Source: Eledone cirrhosa (Eukaryota). Taken from it: 64,000 nt of DNA. Where the stretch lies: assembly GCA_964016885.1 (NCBI GenBank), contig OZ024740.1, positions 360,344,001 to 360,408,000 of the forward strand, given 5' to 3'. The notes under the pieces were generated by a model, which saw only the letters and a list, made by a program, of their open reading frames with translations, was not told the DNA's origin and did not search any database. How positions within the stretch are numbered: the stretch's first letter is position 1; every line of letters starts with the position of its first letter. A program made the position numbers and the translations under genes. This document shows, piece by piece, positions 54,248 through 64,000 of this stretch.

Positions 54248-57050
54248 GATTTTCTAAAGTATACACCGGCTGATTAGTCTCATTGCATACTGGGAAGGGG
54301 AAAGTCGATTAAATTGGCCCCAACGCGTTACTGGTACTTTATTTTGTCAAAGGCAAGCTAACCTCAGCACGATTTGAACTTAGTACGTAAAGGGCCGAAA
54401 CTCTCTGCCACGAAGCATGGCGTCCGACGCTCTACTACAAATGATATCTACACTCTACTTTTCTTAAGTATAGAGCACTAAGTTGAATAATGATTGTACT
54501 GATTTCAACCAGTATTATCTCATCCATTCAAATATATGAATATATATCACCATCATCGTCATCATTTGACATCCACTTTTCCAGCTAAGAAGGGTTGAAT
54601 GGATCCTCGCAGGCCAAGTCTGTACTGAAGCAGGGCCACTGGCCTTCCAGGGTTCACATCTCGCTTACATAGAGTTCTGCATTTTACCAAGTGTGTTTTA
54701 GTGTGGCACCAGCACTAGAGAGATTGTCATGTCCTTGAAACAACTGAAGGGTCCTCCCAACCCTTTTTTGGCAAACATTCTATGGCTGTATGCCCTTCCT
54801 ATCACCATGTACTGCATGCATTAATCACAAAGGCTCCAATACTAGTGAGGTTGTTGTGTCATTGACACAACAAAAGGGACCTCTTAACACTTTCACTCAT
54901 GGTTTCTACAGCAGGGCGCCCTTCCTGTCACCAACCTACACGGTGTACCAGGTGCATCTTTGTCACAAGAGAGGTTGCTGGTCACAGTCCCAATCGAAAA
55001 ACTCTTTTTGCTCATGGGGTGGAGGTCGGTAGGTTAAGGAGATAGGTATGAATTATAGGTGTATGTGGTGATGGGGAAGGGTGGCTAATAGTGTATGGAG
55101 AGAGGGGATATAGTGGGGTATATATATATAAATTTCTCTATATAAATAATCATAATATATATATACGTGTGTGTATACGTGTATATATTATATGCTGTGT
55201 GTATCCCTGCCATGTGCATACTGGTTTCTAGAATAGACACACCATATCCCTGCATACTGTAAGAGCTGATTAAAAGAATTGTCATCATGAAGTGCATCCA
55301 GCTGGAAAATATTCTCTCAAAACATTCTGTCCAACCTATTCCAGTCTGGAAAATTAGACATAAAAATGATATTGATGATAATGATATATGATGATGATAT
55401 GTATTTTTATATGTATATATATATGTTTGTAAATATATATATAAAAATGTGATCATCCCAAATGCAGAAAATTGCTGTAATAATAGTTGATCACTATAAA
55501 TAGTTGTGAAAATCAGGTATAATACTCCAGGACACAGAAAAAAGTGGACAGAAACCATTTGAGACCACTGACACCCTTTTCCATCTTTTTAGGATGTTAT
55601 ATAGCTTGCAACTAGAATATAATCAAACTCTGATTTACAAAGTACTGGGAGAAATTTGAAAATGTGAGCATCCTAAATGCAGAAAATGACTTTAATAACA
55701 ATTGACAAATAATGATAATAATAAATAATTGTTTCTACTATTGGCACAAGGCCAGCAATTAACCAGTGCATTACTGGTACTTTATTTTATCGACCCCGTA
55801 AGGATGAAAGGCAAAGTTAATAGTTGTTATATAGTTTCAAGCTATATAGCATCCTAAAAAGATGGAAGAGGGTATTAGCAGCCCCTTAAAATAGTGGTTA
55901 ATATGTTCACACATTATTTAAGAGATGCAAGTTTCAATTACCTGCAGGCACATCTGATAGTGATCTATACAATAAAAGCACCTTGTAGACTCTATGAAGT
56001 GGTTGGTGATACAAAAAACATCCAGCTTTAGAAACATTGCCAAACAAAGTGTGAGGCGCACTCTTCAGCTATGTCAAAGACACAACAACATCCCTAATGC
56101 TGGTACCACAATAAAATGCACTTAATAGAGCACAGCAACGTGTACACACGAGATGCAACACCTGGCCTATCTAAGCACTCTGTGGAGTGTGGGAACATAT
56201 GCAAACAAGATGTGGGCCCCCAGCTTGTCTGAGAGATTAGTAGCTTTGCTTGAGTACTGGCTTGGTCTGTGATAACCCATCCAACCCATACTATGAGGCA
56301 AAACAGCCGTTCAATGATGATAATGATGATATATTCGTTTTATTAAGGCCAAATAGTGTGTTCTGTTACTCTGGAGTTTCGCCTTTTATCACAGGGTCAT
56401 CAGACAAGAACTGGGTGTGCGGGTATGTATGTTGGTATACATTTTACAAAATGTTAACATATTTCATTTGTCAAGGAGCTTATATTTGGTAGTGTTTGTG
56501 AGGAACTTATATTTTCTTTGTCATTTTGTTTTTGTGTGTATATGTCATCATATTTAGCATATTTTTTCTGTCTACATGAGAATACAAGAACAGCTTATCT
56601 TGGCATGATGACACAACCATTGACTTAAACAAAGTTTTCTTTTCAGCAGGAAGGAATGTCTTAACTCAACTGGCATATTATATTAACAAATCTTTTTCAA
56701 TGGTGGATTTTTTTTTATTTTTCACTGTCATGTTGTGTCTCCTGTAACATTGTAAATGTGTCAATTATTATATTTTACACATTTTAAGATGCAGTATAGA
56801 ATATAGTCTATATATATATATATATATGTATTCACACATTCTCGACTGCTACTGACAAATCTGTGATGTGTTCACCAAGCAAAAGAGAGAAAAATATATT
56901 TATCAAAACGAAAAATATTTTTCTTGGATAGTGTGGCTCTCACATGTTTATTGTATATAAACATATAGTATATGCTTTTATATTGACTCCAATATATATA
57001 TATATATATATATATATTATTATTATGTAATAAACAACATAAGGCAATTA

Positions 57051-57110
57051 TTCCATTTACCAGTGGTTTCTTAAAAGCAAAAGGTTTTGCTTTCAATCCT
57101 CAGAATGAAA
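57051..57110 (-). ncRNA. type I hammerhead ribozyme (left arm of palindrome)
   Basis: Exact reverse complement of 57181-57240. Confidence 0.82.
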
Positions 57111-57180
57111 AATCCTGGTTTGTTTATTGAATATGGATTCTAAATTTTTAGAATCCATATTCAATAAACAAACCAGGATT

Positions 57181-57240
57181 TTTCATTCTGAGGATTGAAA
57201 GCAAAACCTTTTGCTTTTAAGAAACCACTGGTAAATGGAA
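57181..57240 (+). ncRNA. type I hammerhead ribozyme (right arm of palindrome)
   Basis: tttcatt-CTGAGGA-ttgaaagcaaaa-cc-ttttgcttttaa-GAAA-ccactgg-TA-aatggaa. 7-bp helix I, 11-12 bp helix II, GUA cut after 57233. Confidence 0.85.
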
Positions 57241-57342
57241 TAATTACCTTATGTTGTTTATTACATAATAATAATAATTAAGCTCTGTTGCCTACATAGA
57301 GCACTCTTTTTTCCTGGACTTTTCCGATGGAATTACTTCATT

Positions 57343-57397
<55 letters not shown>

Positions 57398-58090
57398 CAT
57401 GTCCAAGGAAATCCTTACTGACTGCTAAGAGTTGTGTTTTCGGCTATTACCCACTAAACTCCTACATGTCCTTTACCAGACCTTATATATCAATATGTGT
57501 ATATCCATGTGCAAGCCTCTTCATATCAGCACCATTTAAAAGCATGTGGTAACGTTTGTTTATGTCCACCAGAAACAATACTTCCTTCAGTATAGTAGTG
57601 TGATGAGGACAAGCAGTATATACCACCACCACCATCATCGTTTATAGAATATGTTTATATAATATGTCCATATAATATGTTTAAAATAAATATGTACTGT
57701 AGCTGTAATTCAAGAGGCCAGCCTTGTCACACACTATGTCATGCTGAATCTCCTTGATAAGTACATGAAGGGGGTACATATCTGTGAAATGCTCCACTGC
57801 TTGTATGTTAATTTCACAAGCAGGCTGTTCTATTGACCGAACCACTGGAACACTTGTTGGAACTGACAGAGGTTCAACATACGAAGACACATTCCTGCTT
57901 ATGATTGATACTACTAACCTCATTCTGTTACTTGCCTTCATACCAAAATATATTATTTCTCATACATACAAACAAATTCCCCAGTATTCATGTTGGTCAA
58001 TTATAATTGTGTAATGGTTTGTGTGAAAACTGTTTCTGATTGAAATAGATTTATTGATAAATTGTTACTAATACAGCTTTCTTGCATTAG

Positions 58091-58136
58091 ATTTTTATTA
58101 AATTGTTGGCTTCGAGCCACAGAACTTGGAAAATAA
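58091..58136 (+). CDS. candidate next SRBD1 exon or exon relic, ending in an early TAA
   Basis: TACTAAT branch-like site, ctttcttgcattag acceptor and correct phase. Reads FLLNCWLRATELGK*, with FL-x8-E[LV]GK spacing as I recall for SRBD1 after the IHPESY motif. Very short match. Confidence 0.3.
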
Positions 58137-58375
58137 AGCAAGCTAACAAAAGCTTTTTATATAGTCATTCAACCTGCTAAATGCAGAAAAAATAATCTTT
58201 CTCCGCAAACTCTATACGTTTTGTTTTAACACTTTTGATACCAAACAACCGAAAACCACCCCTGGTACAGCAATACAAAACTATTTATTTTAACTCCTTC
58301 AGACACTGCCTATAATTTAAAAATTATTTTTAAGATAATGAAGAAGAACTTTTCCATTATTAAACTAGGGCTAAG

Positions 58376-61080
58376 GGTGGTGGATTGGCAGTATCGGTAG
58401 AGAGTCGGACGCTATGCTTCGCAGCATAGAATTACGGTCTGAGTTCAAATCCCGCCGATGTTAACTTTGCCTTTCATCTCGACGGGGTCGATAAAATAAA
58501 GTACCAGTCACGCACTGGGGTCGATTTAAACGACCCCTCCTCTCCTAAATTGCTGGCCTTGTGCCTATATAAGAAACCATTATTAAACTGGGGCAAGGTT
58601 AGTGAATTGGCAGAATTGTTAGTGTTGGGTAAAATGCTTTTGAGCATTTGTTCCTGCTCTTTCAAATCCTGCCAAGGTCAACTTTGCCTTTCATCCTTCT
58701 GTGGTCGATAAAATAAAGTACCAATTAATCGATATAATTGACTTTACCCTTCCTCCAACTTGCATACCTTTTACCTAGATTAGAAATTCTTATTAAATTG
58801 GGGTTTGGAATATAACTTAACAAAAGTTCTCACAACTGGGTATTGGTTGACCATGAAAACACCATCTTAGTAACAAGAAAGTTAGTTATATTTCTAAATC
58901 CCTCAGAATTCTTGATTCATTTTCAAATCATTTTGAAAATTATAGGCAGTGTCTTTCATTAGAAATATACTAATGAATATATTAAAATAAGCATTTTACT
59001 TTATAAACTTTATAATATTTTAACAATTAAGCTTTTTTATTTTTCCATTATTAAAGGTGCTTTTCAATTTCATTTAACTCTTAATGTCCTGTACTACATG
59101 AAACCATATTAGGAAAACATTCTTGAAAAAGTACAAAACAACACTATCACTACATCACATTAAAAATTATAGTCTTTAGTTTACTGCAAATTTCATAAGA
59201 ATTTATCCAGCAGTAAAGGCACTAAACATTTGAATTGACATCTGTTTTTAGATATTCTCTTCCAAATCATTACAGAAAGTGAAGAGTTAACTTTTGTGGG
59301 CAGTTTTTAGAGTAGATTTTGTTGAGATAATCAGTTGGTTGAGTGCTGAATTGATGGAAACCAATTGTACTTAACCCTAAATTTATTAAAAAAGGAACAA
59401 GTTTTGGAAATCATTGGCAAGGAGTCTCTGCTTCTACATCGATCCTAGGCCATGTACATTTATGCAACCTGTAAATGCACGCAAATAATGATAATTGTTT
59501 CTAACATAGTTACAAGGCCAAACATTTTGTAGGGAATGTAGAAAGATGATTAAATGGACCTCAGTACTTGATTGGTACTTTATTTTATCAACCCTGGAAG
59601 AATAAAAGGCAGTTCATCTCAGCAGGATTTTAACTCAGAACATAGAGTTAGAATAAATACCACTAAGCATTTTGTCTGACACTCTAACAATCCTGTAAAT
59701 TCAATGTTTTTGTATTTTTGATTTAATCACTAGGCCAGCAATTTGAGACGAAAGAAAAGTTGATTAAATTGATGAAATAGAATACAAAATAATTGCTTCG
59801 ATTTCTAATTTAGACACAAAACCAACAATTTTTGTTGTGTGTAAGAGAGTCGATTAAATTGACCCCGGTACTTGACTGTTACTTTATTTTATCAACCCTG
59901 GAAAGGTGAAGTGCAAAGTTGAGTTCTGTGAGACTTGAACTCAAAATGAAAAAAGCCTGAAGAAATATTAGGGCACCTTTGTCTAATACTCTAATAATTC
60001 TGCTAATAATAATAGGAAAGGAGCTGATTATCAGATCGGGCTAAGGAAACAATGTTTTCATTGATCTTTCCATTGCTGATACTATCTGACATTGCAAATA
60101 CTGGCAGAAGGAACAAAGCAAAATAATCTATTTTGTTCAAGAACACAACATGCTACCTGGTCCAGGAATCAAACCCATGTCTTTATGATCAACATCCTAA
60201 CCACTCCACCACATGTCTTCCTATAATATTAATTTCTAAAATAGGAGACACAAGACTTCATATTTTGTTAACTTCAGTGGGATTTGAACTCAGATTGTAT
60301 AGAATCACAATAGATACCACAAGGATTTTGTTTGAGTCTCTATAGATTTTACCAATCCCCAAGAAGGAGGAAAGTCAACAAAGTGTTTTGCAAAACTAAA
60401 TACTGTTTTTTTCTTTTTGTGCCTAACAACAATAATAATGAAAATTCAAGAATGTCTGTGTCTGGTTTATTTACATTTCAAAAAGCACAGTTTGCTGCAT
60501 TCTTTGTTGGTGGCTGGGAAGTTTTCAGCTTGTATTTCTCATTGACTGAGTGTTTGATTTGTAAACCAAGCAGAGTTAGTTTAAGGAGATTTTGTGTCAT
60601 TCCTTTCTTTATCTCTACTATTTGCTTCTTGCACATGTATACTACACGTGTCTTTTATTATATGTCATCATTAGACATATCTTTTTCTATATTATCATAA
60701 TCATTACCATCATCATCATTATTATAATCATATTGAGAGGTTGCTGGATTGGCAGAACCATTTCAGGACCAGACAAATGCTTAGTATTTGTTCTGGTTCA
60801 TTATGTTCTGAGTTCAAATTCCACCAAGGTCAACTTTGGCTTTCATCCTTCTAAGGTCATGAAATAAAGTACCAGTCAAGAACTAGAGTCAATATAATCA
60901 ACTTTCTCTTCCTCCCATAATTGCTGGCCTTGTGCAAAAATTATAAACCATTATTATGATCATATTCAGGTTCATCATCATGTTATGTGGCATTTAGTAA
61001 TGGTCTTTAAAATTCTGAGTTCAAATCTCACCGAGGTCAATTTTGCCTTTTATCCTTCTGGGTTCAATAAAATAAAGTCC
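58376..61080. mobile_element. cluster of tRNA-derived SINE copies with a Nin/Deu-like central domain
   Basis: GAGTTCAAATCC...CTTTGCCTTTCATCC...GGTCGATAAAATAAAGTACCAG...TTGCTGGCCTTGTGC at about 58376(+), 58595(+), 59490(-), 59800(-), 60737(+) and 61010(+). Further copies near 13000, 43740, 54290 and 55735. Confidence 0.75.
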
Positions 61081-61091
61081 AAATGTCAGTA

Positions 61092-61687
61092 TCTTAACTA
61101 TAATAAAGGAAGGTCTGCGGGATTGCGTCCAGGATATATTTTTTTACCCCGTTTGTAAAATAAGTTGGATTACTTTGAATAAATAATGAATGAATATTAC
61201 ATAATTTATGTGCTAAATTTCGTGGCTGTTGATTAAATATATTTTATAGCTTAATCTTTAAAATTCACTTCTTTAAAATTATCAAATGTCAACACTTCCG
61301 GTTAGCAGCCGTTATATTATAACACTTATAATCGCATATATTTCCGTCGCTAATTTTCTCCTAATGCAGTTTATATATAATGTCGCCCTTTTTTTAATAT
61401 ATCATGGATTCTCCTAATGCAGTTTATATATAATGTCGCCCTTTTTTTAATATATCATGGATTCTCCTAATGCAGTTTATATATAATGTCGTCTTTTTTT
61501 TAATATATCATGGATTACTGATTACAGAAAGCAGTGTAACATAGGCTTTGTTCAATTTCTGTGTATATTGTCAATTACGATTTTATTTGATGTATCATAT
61601 TTACATGCATATATATTTGTGTATAATATCAATATACACACTACACATGCTAGCAGAAAACCACCCGTAGGGTGGTTTTTCTGCTAG
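61092..61687 (+). mobile_element. non-autonomous Helitron
   Basis: A|TCTTAACTATAATAAAG ... hairpin-CTAG|T, inserted in an AT dinucleotide with no TSD and interrupting a SINE. Internal 53-bp unit repeated 3 times (61356-61515). Confidence 0.85.
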
Positions 61688-62568
61688 TCAATTTAATTGA
61701 CTTTCCTCTCTTCCCATACAAATTGTGTCTAAATTAGAAACCATTATATTAATTCTCTTGATACCAAACCACCTGAAATTGTCACTGGTTCTACAATACA
61801 AAACTGTTTTAATATGTTTATATTTATCTAAAAACTTTTCATCATAATCTTATGTAAGAACATTTGTTAAGCTGTGTTCCAAACACCAGCTTAATAATGA
61901 GAGACTTATATTTTTAAATCTCTTCAAATTCTACATTATCATTATATTTTCCAAATATAATGAAATAGTTAATATATATTTTGAATATTAATTTAACAGC
62001 TTCAATGCCTGTTTTTGACTGTAAAATAGGTGTTGGGTGAAGCTAACCACCTTTTCCTTCTCCCAGGGCTTATATGCTCACCTTTTTGTAGTCAAAAACG
62101 TTTGTTGAAGCCATATTTAAGTTAACTTAATATTCAAAATTCATAACTCTTTCTATGGTTTTAAAAATAAATTGTTTATTTACATTTATGTCCGATTGAT
62201 AAAGCTTACAAAATGGAAAGGAGTGGTCAACTGCACTTTGGTGTAATGGTAGCCCAGTCGCATGGTATTTAACAGGTGTGAGTTTGAGTCCCACGGGTGA
62301 CGTTGTCCACTTTTGTCCATCTCCAGTAGCTTATATGCTCAACTATTTTTCAGTCCGAAATGTGTATTGAAGCTGTTAATTTAATATTCAAAATTTGTAA
62401 CTCGCTGAATGGTTCTAAAAATAAATTTAGTTAATATATATATTTTTAACTGGCACAACTGGTAGATCAACATGTTAAATGTTGTGCTGCTTACTTACAT
62501 CCCTTTATGTTCTGAGTTCAAATATTTTGGTAAACTTCTGAGGAAACACTGCAGTCTAACACCTACAT

Positions 62569-62885
62569 CAGTGATTCCCAATGTGGGGTGCACACACCAC
62601 GGGGGAGCAATTTGAATATTTAAGGGGGCCATTTGAAAATAATGTTAATGAGAACAAACTTCAGGTTTTACCTTATTACTTTTACACCGAGGCAACTTTG
62701 GTACACATTACTGAAAGAAACTCCTGTCTCACTTCCTTCACATGTGTTATTGTGTATCTGGTGCCACCTATACACCAATTTGTTTACACTTTGCAGTTGA
62801 TATATTGCTGTTTTCATATCAAAGAGGAAGGGGTGTAGGCATAACATGAGGTGGGACATGGTACACAAAAGGTTGGGAACCACTG
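62569..62885. mobile_element. hAT (Charlie/Buster-type) MITE
   Basis: TIRs CAGTGATTCCCAA / TTGGGAACCACTG. Perfect 8-bp TSD ACCTACAT (62561-62568, 62886-62893) with central TA. Confidence 0.92.
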
Positions 62886-63059
62886 ACCTACATATTACAT
62901 GCTATGTCCAACCATCACCGACTGTGGCAACTTGACACGGAATTTTAATTACACATTTTGTTACCATATTTATAATTGAAGGCACTGCATATTTTCAAAT
63001 AATTTGGAAAATAATCAACAACTTGTAAGGATGTAGTAATATAACTAACATACTTATTA

Positions 63060-63284
63060 TTAATCCTTTTGATAATAACCCGGCCAAAACTAGCCCCAGT
63101 TCTATGAATCAAAGGATTCCCATTTAAATAAATAAATAAAAAAACTCCAACATGATTTTATGAAGGAACCATACATTAAAAGTTACTGTCTTAGTAATGA
63201 AATAATTAATAATTTTTGTAAATTTTTCATTGATTAATTGAAATAAAGTGTATTTCAATAGAAATATGGTCTCAAAAGTGTTAA
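63060..63284. mobile_element. TTAA-flanked MITE-like element
   Basis: TTAA-tccttttgata ... tctcaaaagtg-TTAA. Related 5' ends near 58226 and 61749. Confidence 0.5.
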
Positions 63285-63699
63285 ATTAAAATCATCCAAC
63301 ATCCTTTCATATAAGAACCATATGTTAAATTATTATACTGATGATGCTTGGAGAGAATCACCTACTACTAAAACTGGATGGTTTTTATAAATGCATCATC
63401 CAAGCTGCAAAAGATGCTTCTATACCTCACACAGCTCTCAAGTGTACCTGTCTCCCAAACTGAAGCTGATCATTTTAGTTCCTTGCCAAAAAAGTTTCCA
63501 CCATTTTAACAGAATCATTCTTTCCTCCGCTTTTCAACCCTTATGGTTCTTTGAGTAATGGAATGGACCCCCATCAGTGTTCCAGTTATTTGATCAATGA
63601 AACAGCTTCCTCCTCCTTCACCCACTTATTTCTGGAAGGGTCCTATTAGAAGTAACCATCTCTACTTGATCAGGGTGGATCCCCAAGTGAGACCAAACA

Positions 63700-64000
63700 A
63701 GCTCATGAATGGTATCCAGCCATCTTGTTCATGGTCTGCCTCTGGGTCTCCTGCTGGTTGGCTTTGCCCATAAAATACGTTTTACAATTCTTTCCTTAAA
63801 CATTCTAACTACATGTGATCTCTTGATTCAGAAAAGTAGTAGCTCTACCTGGAATGACACCCTAATCACTGAGTTATGCACCCTATCGAGTAACCCTACT
63901 GCAAAGGCACTTTGCAGGAACCCCATTTCAGTCGCTTGTATTTGATTGAATGCTAAAGCTGGTGCATAACTGCACCAGCTCTTGCAATTCTTGCATTTAA
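63700..64000 (-). mobile_element. old LINE ORF C-terminal fragment (RTE-like)
   Basis: Minus strand shows EMGFLQ...RVTR and RRPRGRP; heavily decayed. Confidence 0.45.

Larger units (their letters stand above)
57015..57276. repeat. 262-bp near-perfect palindrome (130-bp arms, 2-nt spacer, 1 mismatch)
   Basis: Symmetry about 57145/57146. The only mismatch found is 57045 vs 57246. Confidence 0.95.

Overview
AT-rich, repeat-saturated animal genomic DNA. The repeat types and (TA)n load resemble octopus/cephalopod sequence, which is an inference. The only recognisable host gene is SRBD1 (Tex-like): two clear spliced exons on the + strand (5270-5446, 6863-7030) and one doubtful exon at 58091, so most of the window is probably one very large intron. 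That space holds about 15 decayed RTE LINE copies sitting in (TA)n tracts, an L1/Tx1 ORF2 relic, a PHD-finger LINE ORF1, Penelope-like element (PLE) relics, tRNA-derived SINEs, a hAT MITE, a non-autonomous Helitron, a decayed DNA transposase, and mini/microsatellites. The most notable signal is non-coding: at least seven core-intact type I hammerhead ribozyme motifs plus several decayed ones. Four lie in two tandem dimers of a 414-445 nt ORF-less unit with retrozyme-like (circRNA-producing) architecture. Two lie in the arms of a 262-bp near-perfect palindrome. All calls were made by eye; no searches or folding programs were run.
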